Assembly: GCA_965285935.1 (NCBI GenBank)
Contig: OZ260665.1
Coordinates: forward strand, 65,534,001-65,598,000
Source: Ophelia neglecta
Lineage: Eukaryota
Length of the DNA: 64,000 bases
Direction of reading: 5' to 3'
Shown: one piece after another, positions 51,901 through 63,824 of the stretch
Numbering within the stretch: position 1 is the first letter of the stretch
Layout of the letters: the number at the start of each line of letters is the position of its first letter
Notes under the pieces: generated by a model
Seen by the model: the letters and a program-made list of their open reading frames with translations, nothing else
What the model was told of the DNA's origin: nothing
Database searches by the model: none
Made by a program: the position numbers and the translations under genes

Positions 51901-54900
51901 CGATAGCATGTCCTTGACCTTTGCTGTAACACCGGAAGTAAGGCACAGGACATTACAATTAAATTACTCTTAGACCAGGTATTAGTTTCTGCTAATGCTC
52001 GACAAAACAAAGATAGATAAAAATCGACAAGAGTCAGTTCAAGAATTATACATAGAGTGCAAAAAAGTTTGGCGATGGTTACCATTAGAATGGTGACCAT
52101 TCTGTTTACTTCCCACCCCGCTATTCGTAATGAATACATTGCTCAAGGCCAGGGACTACTTTTAATTGATATTTGGCCCAAGGCTAAAGTAGGATAACTA
52201 CAAGTTTGTTCTTAAGGCTTAAACGCTAATTCAGATATACAACGCATCTTTAGGAGATCCAGGGACGATGAATATATATATAATCACGTTCCTCGTCTTA
52301 GGAAAACAAAGAATCCAGGTTTGGTCTGTATAGGCCCATTTTGTCGAATTTTAACGAATTTTGGCACAACAACTACCCAGAGTGCTAGTATTCCACACTG
52401 GTTGCGTGTCGTACTCCAATAGGTTGCCATTTTAAAGCAGAAGCACTTTAACTGTCGTATTAAAACAATATCTAGATGCGGCATTGCTTTATCATATTAT
52501 CTGCTTATCTGAGGTTGCTATCACACCATAGTTTGAGAGCGACGACAACCACACACTATGCATACCTCTATGAAACCGTACATTACCATGTCAAGATAGC
52601 TCCACTGTAAAAAGCACAGGCATGCGACACAGAAGCATTAAAAATCAAATAAAAAAACATACAAAGAAAACATATTCACGTTAATTTGACAGTTTCTTTT
52701 GTTGGCTGTGGGGCAAATGTGAACAAAATATAACGACAAAATAGTGAACCTCAAAAAATGAAATTGGTTATCAAAACACACTTTTGTTAAGCTTCTGTGA
52801 GGGAAGTTAACTTAGTCGACATTGGGACACAATATTAATATAGACATTTGCGATGCTCAGACTTACATTGACATCATACATGTCAGTGATGACGCCAAAT
52901 ATACCCGGCTTATAGCAGTGACAGACGGCATTCTGGATATCCCTAACGGTGTGAGTGACAAGTCGACAGCTCTCCCGAGACCAGTGCCATCTGGCGGATG
53001 TGCTTAAAATAAATACAAAGCCGATCATAGGTTATTTACCCTGGTCTTTATCAAGGCGAGTAATAACAACCCTTACGGCTCATTATCTTATATCCGAGCA
53101 CTGAGCAAATGTGAAATAACACTGATACTATCAATGTGATAAGCTTTTATTGGGTAGTTTTATTACCCAAGAGATCTAGTGTAATATATTATTTTTTTTC
53201 TTGATATATATCTATAAGAACATATGACGTACTCATTTCCGCGGTCAAGGTTAACACACTCAGCATTGGAAATATTGAAATTCTAAAAAGATATAAAAAA
53301 TTGACTTTACAAGTCCATACTTCTAACAAAATTGTCATAGTAAGTAGTTTAACAGTAATCTTATTAGTAAGAAGGCAATGACAATGCTTTGATGTATACA
53401 GTTCTGGGAATTATTGGAACAAGTCTATCATTGAATACATGAAAGTTGTTATTTATTGCAGCCACCATATTAAAAATATACCAATAAAGATGCTTGTAGA
53501 GAAATCACCGTACATCTAAATATGGAAGTATGACCACGATAGGTACAGACAAATTGTTCAGTCTTTGGTCGTCTAAATGTATCACCACGGAATAGAAGAC
53601 TGAATTTATATTGTCGTCTTTATCCTTGCCCTTTTTCCTGAAAAATAATAGCCAAACTAATAGGTGTGCGATATATTTCCTGGAAAAGAACTAAACCATG
53701 TTAAAATATTAAACTATATTACTTATCACCCGTGGAAATCTTTGGCAACAGCACAGGCACCCCCCCCCCCCCCGACATTTCTGTAGGTTTTCTCCGTTCT
53801 TTATTTCACTTTTTAGCATTCCTTTACGATGATTAGAATATGAGAACCAAATGTACTTTAAAATAAGGTTGAAAAAGTATTATCACATAAAGCATATTTA
53901 TCTCTTATATGCAAACGTATATGTAACGAAACAATCACATAGAAACATACTATATGGGATAATACTACGATTAAAAAGTGTATCTTGTCAAAATAGTTCA
54001 TAACTATAAAATTATATATTAATATAAAAGTGGAAAAAACACACCAGAAATGAGCATGTCTGTAGACTACTAGTTAACTTTAACCTTTCTGAGTTACACG
54101 AATAAATTAACCAATTAAGGTGACTTACTTTGAAGGTTTTATATTATGATTTGGCAAGACGTTGGGGACATTGTAAAATGCCGTGGATATAGTGATGTAT
54201 TCTGAAATGAGAAATAGTATGGAATTACTTGAATCAGACCACCAATGTGCGAGTCAGCTGTGAACTGGTGATATATCCATTGCCCATAGTAGTAAAACAT
54301 TCAAACTTCAACATAGGCCTACGACTTACCAGGAAGAGTGCTGATATTGAGACTTAGCAATGCATCTTGGGATAAGGTAATGCTGCCTCTGTTATCGACT
54401 GATTTGACAAACTCGGAATCTGAAGGTTTGGGATAGATAATACTCGGCAGGGAATCGCTGACCTTATATGTTTCAATATGAAACGCTGTGATAGGAAAAT
54501 GGAAAAACATATATATGGATTATGCATGTAAGCCGGATTATCCTTTGAATTTTCTGAACTATTGTTTGGCTGCCAAACGAAATATTTACACTACCCTACA
54601 ACGATCGATTTACATGACCAGAAAATACACTCCAGGAAAGGAATAATGTTGTTTTCTACCTGCTGACAACATATAAACTTAACAATCAATAGATCTGTTT
54701 TACTACGCGACTATCGCGATTGTATGAAGTTCATTGATTTTCAATTTCCGGGGCAGTACAGATCTTGAACAATCATTAACCTATTGTTATTGATCAGCGC
54801 TTAAGAGAAGACGAGTATTTGCAATCGAAATTGAAAGTAAAGACTGCTGTGCATGTATGTACGGTTTAGATATTCGGCTGCTAAGGTGCTTTGTTTTTTG

Positions 54901-57900
54901 AGATCTAGAGCTCACCAACTCTCCTGTTTAAGGCACTGATTACTGCCCCTTCATGGGAGATGTCACCTCTTCCTATGTGAAATTGCAGACTCTTGGTCAG
55001 CAGTCCGACAAAATCGTCAATAAGTGTGAACAGCTCACTGCCTTCAGAGCCTTGGGGTTCCGTGGCCAACCAACCGACATCATTGCGCTCCACTACTAGG
55101 TGGTCTATCACCCGGGTTATTGCCTAAAAAAGGCAGACGAGAATGACAGCCAGAACGAACAAATCCCTTGTAGTTCTTATTATGAGAATTTCTGATTACC
55201 TAGGAGACGTGACGAATGAAGACTGCACTAATTAAAGTTTATACCAAAATATCACCAAAGCAGAAAAAAACATCTACAAATACACAGTGTCGTGGCCGAT
55301 ACAAACTTTTGAGAATCTGACGCTGTCGTTGAAACTTGGATACAAATGTTTGTCGCGATCTCTGTCCAAACCAAACGGTTGCTGCCCTCTCCTTGTCCAG
55401 ATACCATCTATTGCATTCCTCTGTTAAAAAATATCCTAGCATATGAGTCACAACACATTTTAGAGGAATCGAATATTTTAAAACAAGTTTAATATTTCTA
55501 ATTGTTCGAAAGAGGATGCATTTGTAGCAGAAATTTCACTGTACGGCAATATCCGAGAAATAAGACGGCGACAAACCTGAGCAGCTACCAGAAGCTGAAG
55601 CGAGTCTATCACAGTGGCTATGTCAATTGGGTTCCTATAGTACACACCCAAGGTTTGGTTTTGTACCTGCAGAAGCAGTCGCAGTATTTCATCCTCGCTC
55701 AAGTTTTCTTTTCTATTCTCAACATAGTGGGATATCTGGAATTATTTACATGAAACCACTATCGCTTGATGTCGGTATATGTTCCTATTATTGACTAGAA
55801 TGATAAGTTTCTTTCATGCTATCTGGAACTTTCCGATATACATCTTCCAGATGAAAGACGCCTGGGGACCACGCCCTATCTGCCCTTCAAGTTGGTAAAA
55901 AAACGTGAAAATTCATATCGTAATATTTTGTTTAAAATTAAAAACAGATGAACCTTTTAATGATAAATCCATTTATTGAGAACATGTGTTGAAATATTCA
56001 CAATTTTTGCGGCTTGCAATGCGAAATCATTAATAGAAAGTGGTCCATAAAAACGATCCGAAATCAACGGAAAACCGTCAGCCGCAGTCAGGGCAAACAT
56101 CAAATATTAATGATAAGTAGCCCCGATTTTAAATAATGAAATATATAACAAAAATGAAATAATATCACTTGTCGTGAGAAGTATTCAATAGTTCTCCATG
56201 ATGCGAGTCCGCACACAAAGCGAGATAGAAGAGATAGAAGTCAGCGTAGGACCGAGATTAAATCTGCCTAAGAAGAGTCTATGATGACGTGTCTCTTAAT
56301 GGTGAGACTATAGATGAATTGAGATTGTTGAATCTAGAAAAGGATGTGTATATGTATATATTCTCTTAGTTACTGGCCTTACGGGGCTGAAGTAGATAGG
56401 CCCTACTGAAATTGGGTTAATGTTTGTATTCCTTGATAAGTTTCAAATAAATTCCCTAGTTGGGCGTAAGGATTTGTGGTGATAAAATTTGTTATTTGCC
56501 AGAACCATGGATCGGAACCCATTCACACCTAGCTTCTTACGTGTACTTACCGTCGTTTTGAGCTTTAGTTCTTTCGGCGACACACAATCGTCCAGTAAAG
56601 GATCAGACCATATTCCTTCATTTTGAGGAGTTCGAAAACATTGTCGGAAGGCGTATGCTTTAGCTGTATGTGAATAAAATGGAAATAAGTTTACCACGCT
56701 CGTGGAAGGAATAATATGCTGGGAGAGTACAGGTACTATCTAAATACTGTCTATCTTACATCTGGGGGAGGCGTGTAGGGTGTGCGGGCGGAGGGAAGGG
56801 GAAGTTCCAAGATAAATGCAGTATTGGGATCCCCTAGGGTATAGTGTACCGGTAGAATTTCAGCGCATCAGGTAAAGCCCCGTATCCCACACTTACAGAT
56901 AGGCTTATTCCGTCAATCGATCGGTATCTCAAAGAACACATTGAGAATTATGCAATAAATGTCCTAAAATATTTGGAGTACCTCGTTCCCCCGCCGCGCC
57001 TCCCTAGCGTACAACATTGTCGTGAGGCTTGACCCACCTAGATGTTCAAACTCTTCTTAACGCTTTCTGAAGCGTTTGTATATACTACATTCATAAGCTT
57101 TAGGGTTACGTGCGAACACTGTTTGTAAAACCATGCATGAAATAAACCAAATATAAATAAACAGAAAAAGATAGCAAGTCAGAGGTTAAGAAAATCTCGC
57201 CATCTCACATATCCGCAACTACATGTATACTACACTGGCTGTCCCAGTGGATCCTAAAAGTGATTTTCTTTTGTGAGTTTGTTCATAATCATAATAATAA
57301 GACTCATCTCCCATTCATGCCGAAATTACGGCTCATTTTTATGTTACAAACTTAAACCAGTCCTACTATAAATAAGATATAAATATAATGCAGCTATATA
57401 TTGATCGCAGAATACTTGAACATATCAGGTTTTTTTGGGACACCATAGTTAGGGTCAAATGCAACAAAACGGAAAGCATCAAGTTTATTATTATTTATTA
57501 TAAAATATTATGAATTAGCCAATCAGTGTAATTTGGCAGACGACATAACTAACACCCAATTCAGTACCCTGATGATCAATTTCGACATGCAAACTTACTT
57601 ACATGTAACTTCGTATTCATCAAACAGTGCTGTGAAATGTGAAACAATTCATGACATGAAAAAGCTACGTGAATCTATAATGTGTTCACTTCCCGTGATT
57701 TGTATGGGTGCGCGAACAATTCTACCTACTTATTGTAATTATCTACTCAGATTATGGTGGTGCATTACTAGACTAAAAGGCTACTTTGAAATGTAAAAAG
57801 TGATTTGAGTACAGAATGAATAGAATATCTAATAATATAGAGGCCTAGATATAAGAATCGTTCTTAACACAATATTAACATATAATATTATTAGAAAGGC

Positions 57901-60900
57901 ACCAAGTACATAAAAGTTGCAATTGACTTTGGCAGCATATAAAGCAAGGAAGGAAAATCTGGAATTATTTTTCTGCGACATAACTCATTTAACTGTCAAT
58001 TAATTGTCAGTTTGTGCTCTTTCTCATTCTTTGCAAACAAGAGATGTACATTTGAAACTGGCATGTGATCTTGTTTGTTTCCTAGAGAAGGAGGCAGGAG
58101 CGTACCTGTGAGATTACTACCCTCCTCTGGCTCCAGACCAGGGCAGGCCACAGACGCGTTCTGATCGGCTGGCGTCCTCTTCCAATGGATGTTCTCCACT
58201 ATTTCTTCGTTGCATTGTGCTCCTGTAAAATTCATTTTGTAATCTGATGCAACACTTAATAAAGTGTGCGCGTGCAAAATGAAGACAGGGGTGATATTAC
58301 CTTTCACAGGCTCTCCAGGTAAGGGTTTGTAATAATGCTCGGTAATAAATTACATTTTTTATTGCCTATGTCAGAAGTTTGAGTGATGGAGGTCAGGTGT
58401 TGCGGTAACAGTAAACATCTGTGGTGCTCTGCACAGCTATCCATCACTAGCTTTATTCCTTCAGAATACTAAGACGGATCTTATAGCTTAAGTCCCACGT
58501 CGGAGAACGCTGAGCAGATTGCCTACCAAGCACCATCAATTCTTACCTATAACGTGGCTACAATACTTGTCACATGTCTGCCCAGCTTCTTTCTCAGAAA
58601 AACATGAACCGGTGGGCGTTGCACCTGTGTAAAGGAAAACGGACATGAAAGTTAATCTTACCATGTTTTTGGTGCTTTATTGTCCGCGTAATACCGTGTG
58701 GTCATTGATTTTGAAAAGGGGTGATCATAGGGATGTGTATCGTATATATCGACTACAATATCGATACAATATTTTATCGTTTTATTACCAATATCAAACC
58801 ATACAATACGATTTTATTATTTATCAGATGATTGACTTATACAGATTAAACATTTATTTAGTCCATCACAGCTCATTCCTGTGTGACACAACTAGACCAA
58901 TTCTCTGTAAAAGGTATTTTTCTTAAGCATTTAAAGGGTGAGCTGGAAACATTTTTCATATATATATATATAATGGAATTTTTTTGTATATTCATAAATA
59001 ATTATAAATAATTCTTTAACTCATTGGTCAGTTTCAGTGATATGACTCCCTATTTCAGCGACCACACCGAATACAGTGGGATTGTGTGGTGAATTTTGTG
59101 ATTTTAATGCATCGTACATCACGGGTGGAATGGGGGGGGGAGGGGTAGGATTTATTACCCGGCCTAATTTTAATTGTTCTAGGCAAACCCTCTACTCCGT
59201 TTTTCACTTTGGTGATAGCAATTTTCCGAGTTCTTTTAGTTGTTGCCAAAGGAATACATTCCACTTTAATTAAATGGAAAACCACCTTTAGGCCATAGTA
59301 TGGGAGCGTACTCTGTACACAAACCCCTACAAAGCAAATAGACATTGATAGCAATATCCTGTCACGTGATCGTAAATAACCCGTACACGTGATTGCATAC
59401 AATTCCTCACTAGTTACTTTCGGTTATTGTCTGTACAGTGCTCGCTTCCATGTTGGCAGTGGCATTTTTAGATTATTTGACATATAAGGTTTTGTAACAG
59501 GAAAGGAAAAATTTTAGACTTGCAGTAGGCCTAAGTGCAAATAGAAGTTGTGTTTTTAATTTTTATATTAATATATCAATATTGATAGCCGATTTTGATT
59601 TCATGACCCTCCCTATTTAAGGGAGTTACACTTTCAAGCATGTGTCCCCCTGTCTGATGACGTCACATTCCTTGTTCCCTTCCCCTCAATGACCCCCTCC
59701 CTCACATAGTTAATGACCACCCCTCAGTCCGATCGCATCATTATCAGGGATTTGTTACCCCTTGTTGCACCGCGTCCGCACAGCGGAAGAAGACAAGGAA
59801 AAATAAGGGTTAACGCGAGATCTGAACACTACACCAAATACTCTAACATGTCATTATGTCACCAACAAGAATAGTTTATCCGATAAAGGTACGTCAGTGA
59901 TGGGAAAATTATAACTATACCGAAGTCTAGAACATACTGTGGATGGCTAAAGACTCGATCCTGTACAGTGTTACTCGAAATAATTGGAGCTAGGCCTAAT
60001 AGGCATATTGCGATTTACTTTTTCTTAAACAGTAACTCTAAAAATATGTTAAAATCGTATTGGCGAAGGCAGTCAAGTGTAGTAGCCTAATGTATACACC
60101 ATCTAAGTGTGCAGAGTAATTCAGAATATAAACTGTGCTATGTTCATGATCATGCATGCCTACTACCGCAGACGGGGCTATGACGTAAAGTACGCACCAT
60201 TCTCGTGAATCTCGCCTGATAATTGTGAACAAAACGCGTAAAGTAAGTAAATATGGTAAATGCAGTATTATGTAAATAGAACAAGCGTTAATATTGACAT
60301 AAACAGATATAGTAGAAGTAAAAATAATCCGGTAGGAAGAGACCACAAGAGCCAATTAAACATAGACAGGAGCAACAATACCGTACCAAAGACCATAGAC
60401 GGCCATCTAATGCGCATGTCTATTCCGTGCGTTCCGGTCCGGAAGTCGGCCCACTCGACAGCATCTCCACATCTCATTAGCTTGCAATCTTCGTAGACCA
60501 GTTTTATTTTCTGTCTAGTCATCACTTCATGCCATATATTAACGTAGCCCATCTCACCCAGAAAAGCGTATGTAGCGTCGAAGGAGTTTTTAGTTTCGGG
60601 CGTTCTGGCGACTTGACCCAGCACCAGCTCGCCGCCAGGTGGTATCGGTTTGTCTGCACGTGACGCCCGACCCTTCAGAACGAGGCGGCCGCCATTTATA
60701 TACACTCGCCAAGACCCGTCTGAAAGTAGGACAGTTGACTCTGAGAATATAAACAAGTGAACATCTTGAGGAATAACACCCATGATTGCTACCAAGAGGC
60801 TCACTGTGACCTGGAAACAATCACTCCGACTATTAAAAGCAGAATAAAAATGCAAATTATTTGTGAGGATTAATTAAGCGGATGGAAATATTAGTGGCAT

Positions 60901-62811
60901 AGAAGTGAGTTTAGATGATCGCTCATTAGATCAGTTGCTGGCAAATTACTTCAAACATAAAACCCAAACGAGATCCCTGAATATGATTAATTGGTATCTG
61001 ACCACACTGCATGTGCTACTGAAACATCACAAAAATCAATCCGCGACAACAGACGGCGATAATTATGTTGAAACGAAGGAAGGGATGCCACACTGACCAA
61101 ACAGTAGGCCTTCTTGCCAATATGATCGATAGAGCTGCAATCGCTGGCTTGTGTAATGGAAATGTGATTTGTTTCCTAATATGTCAGAATATGCAATCCT
61201 TGGCATTTACTGTTGTCTAATTAATTGTGCGCCTCGGGGTAGGGATGTATGGATCTCTCAAGCCGATTTACACATATTAGTCAAGTATTGGGCCTGGAAA
61301 TGCATACCAGACATTATACCTCAGGGTTTTTATATTGAACTTGAAGGCTTTGATTATGACGGAAAATCTTTCACGGAAGAATTTCTGCCCGTACATCAAT
61401 AATTCTCGCCGACTACATCCTTTAGAGGATAACTCCATCTTCATTTAACACAGAAAGGTTCCGATTTAGTAGGCGACAAAAAAGAAGGTAAACTTGTTCG
61501 ACAGAAAGTCGCTTCAAGTGCTAGTTTGGGATTTGATTTGCTAAAAGCAGTTACGGTGATTTATGATAGGTGGAGCCGGGAGGATTTGGTTTAGGGGAGT
61601 TTGGCATTGGAGCGTGCGCCGTCTGGATTTGTTGTCACCCGGAAAACAGACGAGACCATTGGCCAACGACTCCGGCGGGACTCACCAATTGTCGGCTGCT
61701 GATAAGGACCGAACGGCTCGAGTCGTAAGCTCGTGACCACCCTGACACGCTCATATCATAACTCAATTCGACGTTCGTTAGGTGATGGTACCTTGGGGCC
61801 TGTTTTATCAAACCAGGATTATCTCAAATTACTATTACTATATGGATGGTTTGACAGTGACGTCAATCAGAGAAAAAATTTCTGAACTATAGTCGAGGGA
61901 TAAAAAATAGCCAAGCTTTACTGAAGGGGTGTCATATTTTGTAATATATGTACATATGTCGTGTGGCCACCTTTCCACGTACATCAAGACGTGGAGATGA
62001 TGTTATGACAGTCTCCATAGTCTTAGATTTGACGTTATCATAGACTCTAGCACTTTTACCTTTGACGTTATAACAGTCTAGCAGGCCTACTTTCGGTCTT
62101 ATAATAGTTGTTTGCAGTTGTTCCTTAGACGCTATTATAGTCTCTAGTAGGCTTACTTTGATGTTATAACAGTCTCTAGCAGTCTTCCCTTTGATGTTAT
62201 AGCAGTCACTAACATTCTAACAGTCTCAGCAGTCTTCCCTTTAATGTTATAGCAGTCTCTAACATTCTTACCTGTGATGTTATAACAGTCTCTAACAGTC
62301 TTACATGTGATGTTATAAAAGTCTGCATCAGGGACCGGGCATTTTTCGAACACATAAAAACTGCGTAATTCATTTTGGTTATTTCGCCTGATTATGTTTA
62401 TTCATTCTTGGTATTGATGGCTTCAAATGACCCAAATGATAAAACATCAACTTTTGATAGCACGCAAATTCAGAAAACCAGTGAATTTAGAGACATTATA
62501 ATAAACAGACTGACCAGTGGATGTCCACGTCCACGCGAAGTGAACCCACTGGGTGACGTTCATCATGAACTGAGTGTTGATTTCCTCGTCATGGATCTTC
62601 ATCCGGAGGGAGGGGCCGCTGGAGATCCGCAGTATGTTGTGCTTGTCTCCCATGGAGTAGGAGAGCACGGTGCCTGGGTGGTTAGAGCGGTAGATCTTTA
62701 GCCAGAGGGCAACCGTGAAAGAGGTTAGGCTCGGAAAAGGCTTGTTCTTCAGCAGCGTGTACCTGAGCGGGTCTGTCTCCGAGAAGTCCAGCCGGGAATC
62801 CAGCCCCGAGG
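45828..62811 (-). CDS. Adhesion GPCR (class B2): pentraxin, HRM, GAIN/GPS, 7TM, PDZ ligand; 5'-partial, 23 exons, ~998 codons
   Basis: Exons on -: 62811-62515, 60719-60387, 58624-58547, 58222-58106, 56663-56551, 55735-55577, 55420-55307, 55123-54916, 54485-54330, 54201-54129, 53637-53514, 53282-53233, 53002-52867, 51704-51595, 51064-50965, 50864-50696, 48360-48294, 48176-48116, 47536-47451, 47304-47178, 46483-46442, 46313-46197, 45986-45828. All introns are GT-AG and the phases chain into one open frame (2996 nt). Motifs: FTVALWL, WVHFAWTW, GGELVLGQ (pentraxin); WKRTPA..VACP..AFRQC..GIWSDP..DC (HRM); WSRESC..CHC (GPS); YIGCSIS, LHKN, HYFFLATFSW..E..NLY, GW.LP, CW, GP, FNGLQG (7TM). Architecture resembles ADGRD/ADGRG6-type receptors; orthology is not assignable by eye. 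Confidence 0.9.
46197..46313 (-). CDS. aGPCR exon: helix 8 and cytoplasmic tail
   Basis: IRAIFQVQAKKK...QEMMDV; 117 nt, phase 0-0; donor |gttagt. Confidence 0.78.
46442..46483 (-). CDS. aGPCR exon: end of TM7
   Basis: 42 nt class-B-typical exon GSFFFVFYFLLHDE; donor |gtaaga. Confidence 0.85.
47178..47304 (-). CDS. aGPCR exon: TM6 and TM7
   Basis: KALWTQVILILLQWSFAIL...KYLFALFNGLQ. Confidence 0.86.
47451..47536 (-). CDS. aGPCR exon: end of TM5 and ICL3
   Basis: VTVLVLIFTAKEHNESSYSKNEKTNKMI; donor |gtgagt. Confidence 0.82.
48116..48176 (-). CDS. aGPCR exon: ECL2 and TM5
   Basis: CWIAWKYLWLFLGPAIGIIS; donor |gtaagt. Confidence 0.86.
48294..48360 (-). CDS. aGPCR exon: TM4 and ECL2
   Basis: MLPGVLVGALIGAHTDDYYAEE; acceptor tgttttccag|. 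Confidence 0.83.
48599..49740. mobile_element. Non-autonomous DNA transposon, PIF/Harbinger-like, 1142 bp (copy 1)
   Basis: 16-bp perfect TIRs AGCCCCAGTCACACAT...ATGTGTGACTGGGGCT, flanked by TAA on both sides (3-bp TWA TSD); CGA/TCG-rich subterminal arms; no transposase ORF. Confidence 0.8.
49743..50668. mobile_element. Second, inverted copy of the same element, 926 bp, with a 216-bp subterminal deletion
   Basis: 49754-50668 is the reverse complement of 48599-49513 (915 bp, 2 substitutions seen); starts with 12 bp of TIR; flanked by TTA on both sides. Confidence 0.8.
50696..50864 (-). CDS. aGPCR exon: TM3, ICL2, start of TM4
   Basis: LCQVSAIAFHYFFLATFSWLMNEAFNLY...YYILGW; donor |gtgagt. Confidence 0.9.
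50965..51064 (-). CDS. aGPCR exon: TM2
   Basis: TAALHKNFALANFGGQIVFMFGID; donor |gttagt. Confidence 0.85.
51595..51704 (-). CDS. aGPCR exon: TM1
   Basis: SYIGCSISALLCLTSFILLVYFR. Confidence 0.88.
52867..53002 (-). CDS. aGPCR exon: GPS motif and Stachel region
   Basis: WHWSRESCRLV...AVCHCYKPGIFGVITDM; donor |gtaagt. Confidence 0.87.
53233..53282 (-). CDS. aGPCR exon: start of GPS motif
   Basis: 50 nt, NFNISNAECVNLDRGN; phase 0-2 bridges both neighbouring exons. Confidence 0.75.
53514..53637 (-). CDS. aGPCR exon: GAIN subdomain B
   Basis: INSVFYSVVI...NLSVPIVVIL; phase 2-0. Confidence 0.8.
54129..54201 (-). CDS. aGPCR exon: GAIN subdomain B
   Basis: YITISTAFYNVPNVLP; acceptor catttcag|, donor |gtaagt; phase 1-2. 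Confidence 0.8.
54330..54485 (-). CDS. aGPCR exon: GAIN subdomain B
   Basis: IIYP...SITLSQDAL; donor |gtaagt. Confidence 0.83.
54916..55123 (-). CDS. aGPCR exon: GAIN domain
   Basis: VIDHLV..NDVGW..ELFTLIDDF; donor |gtgagc. Confidence 0.83.
55307..55420 (-). CDS. aGPCR exon: GAIN subdomain A
   Basis: Acceptor tttttaacag|, donor |gtttgt; 114 nt, phase 0-0, open frame RNAIDGIW...VRFSK. Confidence 0.7.
55577..55735 (-). CDS. aGPCR exon: GAIN subdomain A
   Basis: 159 nt, phase 0-0; amphipathic helices (DIATVIDSLQLLV). Confidence 0.78.
56551..56663 (-). CDS. aGPCR exon: HRM domain part 2
   Basis: AFRQC...GIWSDPLLDDCVS; donor |gtaagt. Confidence 0.87.
58106..58222 (-). CDS. aGPCR exon: HRM domain part 1
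   Basis: 117 nt; CNEEIVENIHWKRTPADQNASVACP. Confidence 0.85.
58547..58624 (-). CDS. aGPCR exon: Cys-rich linker between pentraxin and HRM
   Basis: Acceptor ttcctttacacag|, donor |gtaaga; 78 nt, phase 1-1; GATPTGSCFSEKEAGQTCDKYCSHVI. Confidence 0.8.
   Translation of the reverse strand: MQRPPVHVFLRKKLGRHVTSIVATL
60387..60719 (-). CDS. aGPCR exon: pentraxin domain, second half
   Basis: 333 nt, phase 1-1; GSWRVYING...GGELVLGQ...AFLGEMGYVNIW. Confidence 0.88.
60915..61300 (+). mobile_element. Possible highly decayed LINE endonuclease remnant in aGPCR intron
   Basis: SLDQLLAN (60923; cf. TLDLILTN) followed after a frameshift by VSDH (60994-61005; cf. SDH). Weak. Confidence 0.3.
61998..62324. 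repeat. Degenerate 33-bp minisatellite, ~10 units (TGATGTTATAACAGTCTCTARCAGTCTTNCNTT)
   Basis: TGAYGTTAT...CAGTCT recurs at ~33-bp period; explains the repetitive ORF 62153..62353. Confidence 0.85.
62515..62811 (-). CDS. aGPCR exon: pentraxin domain, first half
   Basis: Acceptor ccgtcgctag|, donor |gtcagt; 297 nt, phase 1-1; FPSLTSFTVALWL...WVHFAWTW. Confidence 0.88.
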
Positions 62812-63824
62812 CTAGCGACGGATAAAATCAAAACGAGAGAGTCAATAAATAGGTTTAGAAACCGTTGGAGTGGGTTTTGTTCATCTTAAAAGCGCCTTGT
62901 GGCAAATTAGGGGACAGAAACCGTCTGGTTCAGCCTGGAAAAGGAGGCTTGTGACATTTGGAGTAAGCCATTAGCTGCCGTGCGGGCTGGAGGCCGTCTT
63001 TAAGACGGCCCCCCTATGGGTATCAGCGGGCTATTAGACAGGCTCATTGATTGGCATTGACTGGGGACGGGGTGTGATTTTGTGCCATTCTAACTCGACA
63101 GCACAATCGGCGTGGCCATATTAATCCAATTAGAGGCGGTAGACGGAATTAGAGTTGACTAGATAATACGGTATATAACCCATCACATCGGCTGTGCGTG
63201 CCACATACTATAGACATCACTCGCAAGCAGCAATAGCTCCCCAAAACGTCAGATAACACGCTGCTTTATCACCACGGACAGCCTATAGTTGAATGTCGTC
63301 GGTGCTTTTATGCAACTTCCTCACGCGAATGTGACCATCTAACCGCCAGCGTGTATCTATGTAGCGTAGTAGGCCTATAATACCCTTATATAAAACCCAG
63401 CGCTTGACGGACACGATGAAAATGTTGAGGCGGATATGACGTCTTGCGTCGGTGTCGGTGTTCATCAGCTAGGCATATGACAGAAGAGCCCCAATATAGC
63501 AAAAAGGGCTTTTCAATAGAATGGCAAATATTTAGATTTCCGAATATTGTATGGAATATTATTTAGATTTCAATATCAAGCATTTTTTAGTTTTGAAAAA
63601 CTAACAAAAAACGCATGATTGCTCAAATCTCGGTTGAAACACCACACGCGAAACTGAATTTTCGTATTCCATAGAATGTCCATTTGAAAAAAATGTTTTT
63701 TTGAAACTAGAAATATATTTTTTTCTGTTTGTCTAGTGTCAAGTCGTTGTAATAGATATATTGAAAACCGGGCCCCTCTGACGTAAAGATGGTAGTTTAA
63801 TTGAGCGTTATCAGTAGGAAAGGA

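Noticed and set aside
59030-59725. MITE-like remnant in a GPCR intron
   Set aside because: Suggestive G/C-run ends, but I could not pair TIRs or find a TSD.
61695-61730. Penelope-type minimal hammerhead ribozyme (CTGATAAGGACC...GGCTCGAGT)
   Set aside because: Both catalytic boxes deviate from CUGANGA and GAAA.
62153-62353. ORF with CYNITGKxVRD repeats as a repeat protein
   Set aside because: A translation artefact of the 33-bp intronic minisatellite.
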